The translations under genes and the position numbers were made by a program. Source: an uncultured virus (IMG/VR IMGVR_UViG_3300031992_002320) (taxonomy: Duplodnaviria; Heunggongvirae; Uroviricota; Caudoviricetes). From it: a stretch of 64,000 nucleotides of DNA. Below are positions 9,995-19,626 of the stretch, in pieces. The DNA lies in the IMG/VR virus record IMGVR_UViG_3300031992_002320; one strand, written 5' to 3'. Numbering within the stretch: the stretch's first letter is position 1; each line of letters starts with the position of its first letter. The notes under the pieces were generated by a model. That model saw only the letters and a program-made list of their open reading frames with translations. It searched no databases and was not told the origin of the DNA.

Positions 9995-10684
9995 ATGGCT
10001 AAATCAAAGGTGTGTGATGTGTTGTGTGGGTTAGTCGATGATGGGGATTTCGATGCGCTTTGGGGGGAGTTTACCATCGGACAGGGTGCGTCGGATCTCA
10101 CATATGTTTTGACGCTGTACGATGTATCCGAGGATGAGTTCAAGGATGAGACCAATAACTATCTTCGTGAGTCAATGCATGTGTGTGATGACTATCGTGA
10201 GAGCCTTGGTAAGGAGTGGCGTGGTTTCTTGGAGAATGCGATGAGACTTAGTTCTCTTTCAGATAATCAGATTCAGGAGGGTGAGTATTACAAGTCCTTG
10301 GAGTCTGATGTTCAGGGTAAGTTCTTGGAGGCTTGTAGCCGCTTGCGTGTGATGAAGCGTAGGCATACGGATTATGTTCTTGCTCACAAGCGTTCCGTTA
10401 CGGCTTCGGAACCTTGTGGTCGTGGTCATTCTTTCGTAGTGGTTCTCTATATGTCCGTGCAGGATATATTTGAGCTTTTGCTTTCGAGATTGTCTGGTAA
10501 GGAGTTCACCCTTGTTGTTGAGTGTGGTGCAATGATCGATGCAGGGTTCATCAAGGATGCGGTTCAGAGCTTGTGTGCTGATGGTACTGCAATCCTTAAG
10601 GATGTGGATCTTGGTGGTATCCATTGTATCTTCAATGGAGGTGATGACGTTGCTCTTGGAGTTAATGCAAAGTCTGGGGATTGA
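9995..10684 (+). CDS. hypothetical protein
   Basis: 229 aa ORF with GGAGG RBS and window-typical codon usage. Confidence 0.6.
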   Translation: MAKSKVCDVLCGLVDDGDFDALWGEFTIGQGASDLTYVLTLYDVSEDEFKDETNNYLRESMHVCDDYRESLGKEWRGFLENAMRLSSLSDNQIQEGEYYKSLESDVQGKFLEACSRLRVMKRRHTDYVLAHKRSVTASEPCGRGHSFVVVLYMSVQDIFELLLSRLSGKEFTLVVECGAMIDAGFIKDAVQSLCADGTAILKDVDLGGIHCIFNGGDDVALGVNAKSGD

Positions 10685-11057
10685 GCTTAGGGGCAATATG
10701 TGCTGCTGTCCGTTCCATATGGAGTCGGGGCCGTCATTTAAGTATTATCCCGATACTGATAGTTTCTATTGTTTCGGATGTAAGAAGGGTGGCGGAGTTA
10801 GACAGTTTGTTCGTTATTGGCTTGGTGAGGAGGCTTCCAAGCAGGCCATTGATAATTTCATCTCCAATCGTGTGTTGCCCGTGTCGAGGGTTAATTCCAT
10901 GTCGGGTAGAATCCCGGTGAGGGTGTTTAAGGAGTCGAATGATACGGGTGTTACGGAGAAGGCGGTGCGTGAGCATTGTTGTGAGAAGCTCGTTAGGGAG
11001 GCGCCGGTTGGGGATATTACGGTGTTTAATATTTTGAGTATTGTTCAGGATTGTTGA
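10644..11057 (+). CDS. stand-alone CHC2 zinc finger (DnaG primase zinc-binding domain); start uncertain
   Basis: CCPFHMESGPSFKYYPDTDSFYCFGCKKGGGVRQFV matches the CPFH...PSF...FYCFGC..GG primase ZBD pattern. No TOPRIM domain follows. Confidence 0.85.
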   Translation: MTLLLELMQSLGIELRGNMCCCPFHMESGPSFKYYPDTDSFYCFGCKKGGGVRQFVRYWLGEEASKQAIDNFISNRVLPVSRVNSMSGRIPVRVFKESNDTGVTEKAVREHCCEKLVREAPVGDITVFNILSIVQDC

Positions 11058-11065
11058 GGTTATGT

Positions 11066-11926
11066 ATGGTTGTTTTATCGTTGTTTGACGGGATTTCGTG
11101 TGGTCGTGTTGCCCTTGATAGGCTGGGGATCCACGTTGATGAATATTATGCGAGTGAGATAGATAAGGCTGCCATTAAGGTTGCCACACATAATTATCCC
11201 GATACTGTTGAGTTGGGGGATGTATGTGGTGTCAAGGGTTCTGATTTCGCTGGTCGGGTGGACCTACTAATTGGTGGAAGTCCATGTCAAGGATTCTCAA
11301 GAGCGGGCCAGCGTAAGAATTTCGATGATCCGAGAAGTGCTCTTGTTATGGAGTATGTTCGTGTTTTGGAGGAGGTTAAGCCTCGATACTTCATGTTGGA
11401 GAATGTGCAGATGCCGAGTGTTTGGAGGGATAAGATTTCCGAGTTATTGGGTGTTGAGCCTTTTTATTTGGAGTCAGCTCTTGTTTCGGCGGCGCCGAGG
11501 AAGAGGTTCTATTGGACTAATCTTCCGTATGCGGGGCCTCTGCAGGATAGGGGCATAACCTTTGGGGACATTCGTGAGCGGGGTGTTCCGAAGGATAGTG
11601 GATTTTATTATTCGGAGAAGATGCTTGATTGGATTGCTCGTCATTCGAAGAAGACGGGTAATGAGTTCAAGATAATTGAGGATTTTGATAAGCTGCCGGT
11701 TATCGTTGCCACGATGAGTAAGGGTTGTGGTATGTCGAATCGATTTTTCGGTATTGAAGATGTGTATGGGTTGAGGTTTGTAACACCACTTGAGTGTGAG
11801 CGTTGTATGGGCTTGCCGGATGGTTATGCATCTTCCGTAGTTTGTAAGACGGAGGCTTATCATGAGGTTGGTAATGGTTGGCAGGTGGATACGATAATGC
11901 ACTTATTTCGTGGTTTGATTATATAG
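11066..11926 (+). CDS. DNA (cytosine-5) methyltransferase, phage-type orphan
   Basis: Motif I VLSLFDGISCG, EID, motif IV DLLIGGSPCQGFS, motif VI LENV, RKRFYW, TPLECERCMGLPDGY, motif X GNGW. Confidence 0.93.
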   Translation: MVVLSLFDGISCGRVALDRLGIHVDEYYASEIDKAAIKVATHNYPDTVELGDVCGVKGSDFAGRVDLLIGGSPCQGFSRAGQRKNFDDPRSALVMEYVRVLEEVKPRYFMLENVQMPSVWRDKISELLGVEPFYLESALVSAAPRKRFYWTNLPYAGPLQDRGITFGDIRERGVPKDSGFYYSEKMLDWIARHSKKTGNEFKIIEDFDKLPVIVATMSKGCGMSNRFFGIEDVYGLRFVTPLECERCMGLPDGYASSVVCKTEAYHEVGNGWQVDTIMHLFRGLII

Positions 11927-11945
11927 TGTATGTGGGGTATCTGAT

Positions 11946-12434
11946 ATGGGTGCAAGATTTGATGTTACGGATTGCATGGACTTTCTCAAGGTTGGTTCTT
12001 GGTTGGCTGCAAATCCGGATGGGGATATTTTAATTATTGATGAAAGGTTACACGACGATGTTTTGGGGGTTGTTTTGTTTATGCATGAGCTCTTGGGGGC
12101 TTATGGTTCATTTGAGAATCCCGAAGTTCGTTGTAGTGTGGATGAATATTTCAGGGTGTTTAAGAGTGTTCTCTTTAGTGGGAACTTGGATTATGATTTC
12201 GATGCTTTCTGTGGATGTTTGTCCTTGAGTGAGACTGGTAGGACCTTGGAGTTGGCTCGTTTTAAGAGTCTGTATGCTCTTGTGGGTTCATTCTGTTTGC
12301 AGATGGGTGTGTTCAAGTCTGTGTTGTTCAGCTTGTTCCCCCCGGTAGATTTCAAGGGTGGCATTTATGCTGGTAAGGATTGGGATCATGGGGACTGCTT
12401 ATGGCGGGATGGTCACTTTGAGGATGACTGGTAA
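11946..12434 (+). CDS. hypothetical protein
   Basis: 162 aa ORF, no recognised motif. Confidence 0.55.
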   Translation: MGARFDVTDCMDFLKVGSWLAANPDGDILIIDERLHDDVLGVVLFMHELLGAYGSFENPEVRCSVDEYFRVFKSVLFSGNLDYDFDAFCGCLSLSETGRTLELARFKSLYALVGSFCLQMGVFKSVLFSLFPPVDFKGGIYAGKDWDHGDCLWRDGHFEDDW

Positions 12435-12455
12435 TTAGTTACATACCTTTTTATT

Positions 12456-12499
12456 AAGACTCCCATTGTATTTTATGCAGTGGGAGTCTTTTTATTTTT
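12456..12499 (+). terminator. intrinsic terminator
   Basis: AAGACTCCCATTGTA...TGCAGTGGGAGTCTT followed by TTTATTTTT. Confidence 0.8.
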
Positions 12500-12511
12500 G
12501 GAGGTTTCTGT

Positions 12512-14647
12512 ATGAATATCATTTATCCGAATCACTTTTTTGATACTTCAGAGCATAATGATCTCGTCTATAAATATTTTAATTTGGAGGTTATGTCGTC
12601 ATCTGTGGGTTTCGCTGCATTGGGGGATCTTGATGTGCCGTTGCTTGGTATAGGTGGAAAGTGGGGTGAGGGCAAGCTTGGGGATAAGCATTGGTATATG
12701 ATCAGTGAGCGTTTGGGGAAGTTGGGTTTTGAAGGTCGAGCGGTGGTATCAGATTCTGCTGATAATTTGCTCATGAGTAGTGAATGCTTTAAGTCGGACC
12801 TTTGGAATTTTAATAAGTTCTTTGATTCGGATAGTTGTACAAAATATAGTGATGCCGAGCTTCTTGTTGTTGCAAGGTTGTTGGGGTTACGGATTGGTGA
12901 GTCTGCTGAGTTTGATACCTTGCCAATTAGCAAGAGGAGTGTTGGCAATCTTGTGGAGGCCTTGTGGGCCAATGTTATAGAGTTCAATGGTGATTATGTT
13001 TTTAGGGGTGTGAGAACATGGGAGAAGAAGGATAACTTTTATACTCCGTACAATGTTGGGGTTAAGGTGTCAACTGATTTTGATTTTTGTTGTATAGGCT
13101 TTGACTGTAATGCGCGTCATTGGAAGCGATTAGCTTTGGATATTGGTGTTACTGATAAGTTTTTTCTTGCGCATGCTGACTATTATAATAGCATGTGTGA
13201 GGGATTCTGGGTTGGTGATGAGGCATCTTTGCGGGCGTGGTTGGATACGCTTACGCCGTTTGAGTTGTGTGCTGTATTCTCGGCCTTAAAGTGTGGGGAG
13301 TTTAAGGCTTGGGCGGTGGTATCCGGGTTTGCATTTTTGGAGGGCTGTTTTGGGGATGCTGTGCGCAAGTTGATGAGGAATTCCATCTTCTATCAGGTTT
13401 TCTGTGTTGGTGAGTCCTTCTTGGAGCGCGTGAGTTCTTCCCGTGATAAGTTTTTCTACAACGCTGAGGGTAATTGGACGGTTGCGATTAATGATTATCC
13501 TATTGGTAGTGTTAAGGCGTCGGATGTGGATCAGTTGAGGGATTGCCTGTTCGATGTGGATAGCGTGGATAGACATAGTTTTTATAATGATTATGTGAAT
13601 CTGTTTGATGATAATAAGCTGTTGCGGCATGTGCTTTATAGCATGGATGACTTTGCCTACATCTCTGAGAAGGCTGCACAGCTTATTGATTGGGATCCGG
13701 AGTATAAGGCTGTGTGGGATTACATGAAGGCCAATCGCGTTATGGAGCGCTATAGGGATCGTGTTAAGATATGGGATTGGGTTTTGAGTCAGGATATTGG
13801 ATATTCTGCATGGGCTGGTGCGTGTGTGGAGACCAAGGATTATACGGGTATATGGTATAGTGAGCGCCCGAAGAATTGGTACATCATGGTTAAGGAGATT
13901 GTGCGCTATTATTTAGGTTCTGTACCGGCGAATGTGTATTTCTTCGTGGAGTCGGAGCGTAATACTGATTGTTTGTTGTATGACCTGCGTGGATTAGGCT
14001 TGGAGTATGACTGGGCGGTTATGGCGGATACTTGGAGTAATCATGATAGTTACTATGTGTTCTATGTGGATCTTCTCAAGTGTTTGGTGGCTCATGGGTT
14101 TGTTGCAGGGGAGCGTGTCAAGTGTAGGGGGCGTGTAATTTTGGATGCCTCGGCATCGGAGGCTGTTCGAGCTGGGTTGAAGACTATGCTTGGGAGTGAG
14201 GATGATCTGGATGCTATGTTCGAGGGTGGCAAGGCAGTGGAGACGCAGGCTTTCCTTTATCTGCCGTTTGATACTCGTCTTGCTTTCAGGCGTTGGCATG
14301 ATACGGCCCCGGAGAAGACTTTGTTTGATGTGCTGCGTAAGGTGTATCTTCGTGGTTTGTTACATCTTGTTGATGCTGTGGGCAATGTATCTCCGATGGC
14401 TTTGGGCAAGATTAAGATTGGGCAGGGTGCATTCAAATTTAATGATGCTTATTTCTTGGAGGTGTTTGAGGATAAGATGCATTTCATTGTAAGGTGTGAT
14501 GGTGATTATAGTTTCTTACGAGTGTGTGACCTCTCTGGGATTTCAGAGTTTTTCGGTGTGGATAAGTTGGATGATCTGGAGGTTGTTCCCTTGTCGGGTT
14601 CACTTAGTTCGGTGAGGTTATCGAAGTTGGAGGCATTGTTTCAGTAA
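12512..14647 (+). CDS. hypothetical protein, paralogue family A copy 1
   Basis: Shares FWVGDEASLRAWLDTL, FLEGCFGDAVRKLMRNSIFY and FLYLPFD blocks with the next two genes. Confidence 0.75.
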   Translation: MNIIYPNHFFDTSEHNDLVYKYFNLEVMSSSVGFAALGDLDVPLLGIGGKWGEGKLGDKHWYMISERLGKLGFEGRAVVSDSADNLLMSSECFKSDLWNFNKFFDSDSCTKYSDAELLVVARLLGLRIGESAEFDTLPISKRSVGNLVEALWANVIEFNGDYVFRGVRTWEKKDNFYTPYNVGVKVSTDFDFCCIGFDCNARHWKRLALDIGVTDKFFLAHADYYNSMCEGFWVGDEASLRAWLDTLTPFELCAVFSALKCGEFKAWAVVSGFAFLEGCFGDAVRKLMRNSIFYQVFCVGESFLERVSSSRDKFFYNAEGNWTVAINDYPIGSVKASDVDQLRDCLFDVDSVDRHSFYNDYVNLFDDNKLLRHVLYSMDDFAYISEKAAQLIDWDPEYKAVWDYMKANRVMERYRDRVKIWDWVLSQDIGYSAWAGACVETKDYTGIWYSERPKNWYIMVKEIVRYYLGSVPANVYFFVESERNTDCLLYDLRGLGLEYDWAVMADTWSNHDSYYVFYVDLLKCLVAHGFVAGERVKCRGRVILDASASEAVRAGLKTMLGSEDDLDAMFEGGKAVETQAFLYLPFDTRLAFRRWHDTAPEKTLFDVLRKVYLRGLLHLVDAVGNVSPMALGKIKIGQGAFKFNDAYFLEVFEDKMHFIVRCDGDYSFLRVCDLSGISEFFGVDKLDDLEVVPLSGSLSSVRLSKLEALFQ

Positions 14648-14676
14648 ACTTACATAGGTTTTATCTATTTTTCATT

Positions 14677-14712
14677 GGGCTCTTACTGGGTATTTACAGT
14701 AGGAGCCCTTTG
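14677..14712 (+). terminator. terminator-like hairpin
   Basis: GGGCTCTTACTG-GGTATTTA-CAGTAGGAGCCC followed by TTTGT. Confidence 0.65.
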
Positions 14713-14734
14713 TGTTTGTTTAGGAGGTTCATGT

Positions 14735-17056
14735 ATGTGGTATGATAATGACTATTGGATGTGTTTTGATTACTTCGGTAAGACTGATCGTAATTTTAAG
14801 GTTGCACTTTTTTTGAATGACTATTGGGGTAGTTATGAATATCCCGGAATTGGGCTTAAGTTGAATGTTCAATCGGATGTTTTACATTTTGATGATATTG
14901 TTACCTTGAATGTATGTCAGAAGAACTTTACCGATATCAGTGTTTGTGGGGTGCCTTTATTGGAGGCATTGAGTCTCGATACTGTGAATGAATGGAGGCG
15001 GAATCTTCGTAACTTATATACTGATGGTGATGATAAGCGTGTTTATGATTATGCTGATCTTATGGGGTTTCCGGGGGTGGATGGTAAGCTTGTTCTTGTG
15101 GATTTAACGACTCATATGCCCACACGGTTTGGGGGGTGTTATCTACGTTCCCATTTCCTTTTGCGTGCTGGGCAGGCGTTACCGTTTTCTGATTTAAGGT
15201 ATACAAATGAGGAGGGTTATAAGGAGCTGGTCAAGCTTTTTGGAGAGGAGTCGGTGAAGTCTTATACACTCAAGGAGTTATCTGATGTTGCGGGGGCCTT
15301 GGGGATTGAGATGCCTTGGACGCTTGAGACGGATGTGAGTTCTGTGAATCTGACGGCAACAGGGATGGATGAGGTTGAGCGTGTTTTGAGGCGTCAGGGC
15401 TCCGTGTATGATGGTGTGCCGGCGCGAAGGGATCATGATAAGGTTGAGCTGGAGCGCAGGGTGCGTAGCGTGCAGGATGGTGCGGACTGGAGTTGTAGTC
15501 TTAATGGTTCGTGTTATGGAAGTGGGAATTTGCCTAAGTTTTCATTTTTGGATGTGAAGGGTAATGATGCCACTGAGTATAGTTTGTATCGGATTGATAG
15601 TAAGTTATATCTGCGTGGGCGTGCCCTTTGTTGGTTTGGTGATGAGGAGAGTTTTGCAGAGTATTTTGATTCCTTATCTTTGTATGACTTGCTTGCGCTT
15701 TATAAGTTGACGGTTGGTGCAGAGGCGGATATGTTACATACTGGAATCTTTTTGGAGGGGCCGCTTGGGGATTGGTGTCGAAGTATGATTCGTAATACTC
15801 TTTTCTATATGACATTTGTTTGTGTCACTGGCACTAATTATGTTTTGTCCGATTCCACTCTTTTTGGGAATGCTGATAGTAGGCGTGGTTGGGCTGTGTA
15901 TCCTACACCTATGGGGTATGCGGTGTATGCGCATGACCTTATAGGTTTTACTCAGAATCCGAATTTGTTTGATGGGATTATTTTGGATGATGGCTCTCGG
16001 CATTCGGTGAGTTCTTGGGGACGTATAGGTGAGATATTCAAGGGTGTTTCAGCTTATGCGGATGATTTGGTTCTTGATATGGGTATTGATTGTTTGAGGG
16101 AGGTTGAGTTGACCTCGGATTATGCTCAATTCGTTGAGTTCTGTGAGCGTGAGGATTTGTTTGGGCGTTGGACCAAGGCTAAGTTTGCCGAGTTTAAACC
16201 GACTTGGGAGGCACAGATTGGTAACAGTGTTCATTGGAACTTATACAATGGTCAGTTACAAACCAAGGAGCTTGGTGACTTATGTCATTACTACACGGGG
16301 AACCCGAAGTTTCTTTCAGGGTGTGATATTTCCCTTAAGTTTGATGATGATGATTTTATGGATGCTGTGCGTATCACGGGCTATGATACCGAAGGATATG
16401 ATTGGGAGGTTTCTGTTTTCAGTGATAGTTCTTGGCATTTTATTTATTATACGGATTTCCTTAATCTTTTGATTAAGCGTGGTTTTAAGGTTGGGGATAA
16501 GGTGCATACTACGGATCTCATTATCATCATTGATAAGTCTTGTACGGATGCCGTGTTTGATGGTATTTTTAATCTTCTTGATGTGGATGTGGATAAGTAT
16601 AGGGGTTATCGTGAGACTGGTGTTTATAAGGCTGTGACCACTGGGGTTGGTAGGCATGCGGAGACTTTGGTTAAGTTTTTGATTCTTCCTTTTGACCTTA
16701 AGATGGTGCTTTCAGCGTGGGTTAATGCGAGTCCGAATTTGAGTCTTGGGGAAACCTTGAAGGCTATGGGGAGTCGTTTACCCTATGTAGATTGGGCTGG
16801 GGTTGTGAGTCCATTATGTTTGGGTGAGATTAGTGTGGACTGTTGCTTCAAGTCTGGGGATGAATATTATATTCGGACGGATTATTATGGTGTGGTTCGT
16901 CATGAGGATGATGATACCTTTATATGGGTTTGTGCTGGTACCCGAGATGAGGAGGCGGCCGTGTTTGGTGACCAGATAAAGAGACATTTTGTGTCTGGTA
17001 CCCTTAAGGGTATGAAGCGTTCAAAGTTGATTTCATGGTGTAGTGAGGAGGATTGA
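14735..17056 (+). CDS. hypothetical protein, paralogue family A copy 2
   Basis: ATG after AGGAGG. Blocks CWFGDEESFAEYFDSL, FLEGPLGDWCRSMIRNTLFY and FLILPFD. Confidence 0.75.
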   Translation: MWYDNDYWMCFDYFGKTDRNFKVALFLNDYWGSYEYPGIGLKLNVQSDVLHFDDIVTLNVCQKNFTDISVCGVPLLEALSLDTVNEWRRNLRNLYTDGDDKRVYDYADLMGFPGVDGKLVLVDLTTHMPTRFGGCYLRSHFLLRAGQALPFSDLRYTNEEGYKELVKLFGEESVKSYTLKELSDVAGALGIEMPWTLETDVSSVNLTATGMDEVERVLRRQGSVYDGVPARRDHDKVELERRVRSVQDGADWSCSLNGSCYGSGNLPKFSFLDVKGNDATEYSLYRIDSKLYLRGRALCWFGDEESFAEYFDSLSLYDLLALYKLTVGAEADMLHTGIFLEGPLGDWCRSMIRNTLFYMTFVCVTGTNYVLSDSTLFGNADSRRGWAVYPTPMGYAVYAHDLIGFTQNPNLFDGIILDDGSRHSVSSWGRIGEIFKGVSAYADDLVLDMGIDCLREVELTSDYAQFVEFCEREDLFGRWTKAKFAEFKPTWEAQIGNSVHWNLYNGQLQTKELGDLCHYYTGNPKFLSGCDISLKFDDDDFMDAVRITGYDTEGYDWEVSVFSDSSWHFIYYTDFLNLLIKRGFKVGDKVHTTDLIIIIDKSCTDAVFDGIFNLLDVDVDKYRGYRETGVYKAVTTGVGRHAETLVKFLILPFDLKMVLSAWVNASPNLSLGETLKAMGSRLPYVDWAGVVSPLCLGEISVDCCFKSGDEYYIRTDYYGVVRHEDDDTFIWVCAGTRDEEAAVFGDQIKRHFVSGTLKGMKRSKLISWCSEED

Positions 17057-19218
17057 GTGTGTATAGTCTGAGTGAATACCGTTCTGTCCGACTTGGTATG
17101 GTTGGTTGTTCGGGTACATTTTTACGCAAGAGTTTTGGGTTTGTCGAGTTGCGTGGTGGGTGTTTTGTTGATGCACAGCAGAAGCTGCCCGTGATTGGTG
17201 AGTACCCGAAGGATAGTGGTAAGGTTCTTGACTTGGCCAAGGTGCGTGATAAGCTCGTTGAGATTTTTGGTGAGAGGTCTTTGAAGGCTTACGACATCTA
17301 TGAACTTTTGGATCTTTGCAAGTCCTTGGGTAGGTTGTGGGAGCTTAATTTTAATTTGTCGAAGTGTTCTTGGGGTGTGAGACGTAAGGTCGACATCAGT
17401 GATATTGGTGTTGTTGATTTGCTTAAGTGTTTGAGTCATCTAATCTGTGTGGATGATATTACGGGGGAGCCCTATTTCTCGTTGGTCAATGATGATTCTG
17501 GTGATATTGTGTCATCACCATATAAGTCAGCATTTTTTAACTGTAAGCCCGTAGGGGACTCCGAGTCGAATTTGAAGTCTTTGTTTAATTCCTTTTTTGA
17601 TGATCAGAGTGGTTGTTGGGCTCAGCGGTGTCTTGATGTGGAGTATCCCCCGGCTGAGGTTGCATGTTTATTCAATGGTGAGCTTGTGCCGGTTCATGTT
17701 TGGTTTGACAAGTTGTATATGTTTGCCAACTATGGTGGTATCCGTGTTGGGGATTCTTATAAGCGTAAGCCCTTTTTCTTTGGTACGGCATCGGAGCTGA
17801 CAGAGTTTTTATATAGTTTGAGTCGTATGGATCTCTTGATTCTTTGGAGTGGTATCACGGGGCTTAAGTATAGTTTGGATGCTGGTTATAATGAGCGTCA
17901 GAGGGCTTCTTTTATCAGCTCATGGCTTATGTTGAGGGATTCGAAGGGACTGGGGAGTTTTATCCGTAAGTGTGTTCGCAATACCATTGTGAGGTGTACG
18001 ATGTTTCTTGATAGGAGTAGTACCGATTTTACTCTGTATCCCGAACAGTTGTTTAACCGGGGTTGTGTCTGTGTACCTAACTCCGGTGGAGCTTTTAATG
18101 TTTATGTGACATCTTATCTTATGGGTACATCTTCCGAGTATGTAGATTTGGGGTTGGATGGTGTAGGTGATGGCCAGTTTGAGATGTTTCGTAGTTGGAT
18201 TGATCATTGGAATTATTGGGACTTCGAGGCTTTGTTTTATGATAGGCTCGGTTTTTCACATTGGAATGACTTTTGGGTTCAAATGTATACGTTGAAGTCA
18301 CAATCTAAGGACTTTCAGAAGGTGAGTTGGAATTCCCCTTGGTTATTGGGTTTGCATGCTTTGTCGGAGGATAAGGTGCATAACTATGATTTTAGTGCCT
18401 GCATGCGGGAGGATGCGCCGTGGATGGAGTTGGTGTATGGACCGAGTCACTCATATCTGCCGGATCTTCTTCGTGCATTTGCTGAGGATTCCGATGTTGT
18501 GGATGATATTGAGGTAATCTTTTCCCGGTGGAGTAAGACTTTTGGATTGTTTGATTTTAGGGGTATTGTGGGACTTGATTGTATTGCGGGTATGTGCAGG
18601 GGTGTTAGTCTTAAAGAGGCCAATATCGAGGTTGGTGCCCTTGTGCATTGGCGTGATTTGGTATCGGTTTATTCCGCATGTGGTTTCACGGATGCAGAGG
18701 ACTTTCGGTTGTATGGCGTGATGATTGTGGCTGAGCCGGATATTGATTTGAGGGCTTTCCATTGGATTCAGAGGGCCTTGGGTTTAGAGGCTACGGATTA
18801 TCCGGGTGGCACAACTCTTATGAGAGGTAAGTGGGGTGTTCTGTGTTGTTCGGGTGTTAATTGTATTGAGTATCTGCAACTCTTGAGGCAGCGGCATAAG
18901 GATGATATTACCTTGGCCGAGTATGGGAAGCAGGTAGGTCATCAGTACCTTGAGCATGTGTATGTGGATGGTTTCGTGTATGAGACTCATTTACCTCGTA
19001 TTAGGGCTTATGGCATGTATAGGTTTGATGATTTGCTTTGTGTTTCAACCGATATTGGGGTGCTGCGCAGGGACTCTGTGGATGTGTATTACTACTTGGC
19101 GGGTAGCATTGCGGAGTGGGAGTCATCATATGGCAGGGAGGTCGTGTGGGTGTCTGTTGGTAAGGGCATGATGCTGGGTGATATTACCGATGAGGTTGTT
19201 CATAATTGTGGTTTTTAG
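17053..19218 (+). CDS. hypothetical protein, paralogue family A copy 3
   Basis: TTG start overlaps the previous stop. Blocks FFFGTASELTEFLYSL and GLGSFIRKCVRNTIV. Confidence 0.7.
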   Translation: MSVYSLSEYRSVRLGMVGCSGTFLRKSFGFVELRGGCFVDAQQKLPVIGEYPKDSGKVLDLAKVRDKLVEIFGERSLKAYDIYELLDLCKSLGRLWELNFNLSKCSWGVRRKVDISDIGVVDLLKCLSHLICVDDITGEPYFSLVNDDSGDIVSSPYKSAFFNCKPVGDSESNLKSLFNSFFDDQSGCWAQRCLDVEYPPAEVACLFNGELVPVHVWFDKLYMFANYGGIRVGDSYKRKPFFFGTASELTEFLYSLSRMDLLILWSGITGLKYSLDAGYNERQRASFISSWLMLRDSKGLGSFIRKCVRNTIVRCTMFLDRSSTDFTLYPEQLFNRGCVCVPNSGGAFNVYVTSYLMGTSSEYVDLGLDGVGDGQFEMFRSWIDHWNYWDFEALFYDRLGFSHWNDFWVQMYTLKSQSKDFQKVSWNSPWLLGLHALSEDKVHNYDFSACMREDAPWMELVYGPSHSYLPDLLRAFAEDSDVVDDIEVIFSRWSKTFGLFDFRGIVGLDCIAGMCRGVSLKEANIEVGALVHWRDLVSVYSACGFTDAEDFRLYGVMIVAEPDIDLRAFHWIQRALGLEATDYPGGTTLMRGKWGVLCCSGVNCIEYLQLLRQRHKDDITLAEYGKQVGHQYLEHVYVDGFVYETHLPRIRAYGMYRFDDLLCVSTDIGVLRRDSVDVYYYLAGSIAEWESSYGREVVWVSVGKGMMLGDITDEVVHNCGF

Positions 19219-19230
19219 GAGGTAGGTGTA

Positions 19231-19608
19231 GTGTTTCAAGGGAATCAGCTTTGTATGATTTGTAAGGATCGTAAGAGGTCTCCGAAGTTGGATCAGCTTA
19301 GGAGTCTGGATGGTTATTTGCGTCGGGTTTTTAGTTGCACGACTGGTGTGATGAGTTTGGATTATCAGAATCTCTGCAGCCCTAATTGGGGTTTACATCA
19401 TAAGTGCAAGTCGGGTATGAGATGTCAGGATTTATCCAAGTTGGAGTCTGAGTGTAAGAGGTTAGCAACGGCCTTGGAGCCAAAGCTGGCACATATCGCA
19501 TTGTATGGGAACGATGCTTTGTACTGTGAGACGCTTCAGTATCTGCGTGGGTATTTCCCGGCTGTGTATAAGTGGATGGAGTTTGTGAGGTGCCGTGGGG
19601 CATATTAA
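19231..19608 (+). CDS. Cys-rich hypothetical protein
   Basis: GTG start after AGGAGG, 125 aa. Confidence 0.55.
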   Translation: MFQGNQLCMICKDRKRSPKLDQLRSLDGYLRRVFSCTTGVMSLDYQNLCSPNWGLHHKCKSGMRCQDLSKLESECKRLATALEPKLAHIALYGNDALYCETLQYLRGYFPAVYKWMEFVRCRGAY

Positions 19609-19626
19609 GGCTTAGGAGGTTTGGTT

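Noticed and set aside
14675..14734. ORF-track N-terminal extensions (also 25297, 35457, 37628, 53182, 55552, 57451)
   Set aside because: They run through terminators, promoters or upstream genes, or lack an RBS. Downstream ATGs with GGAGG RBSs are better starts.
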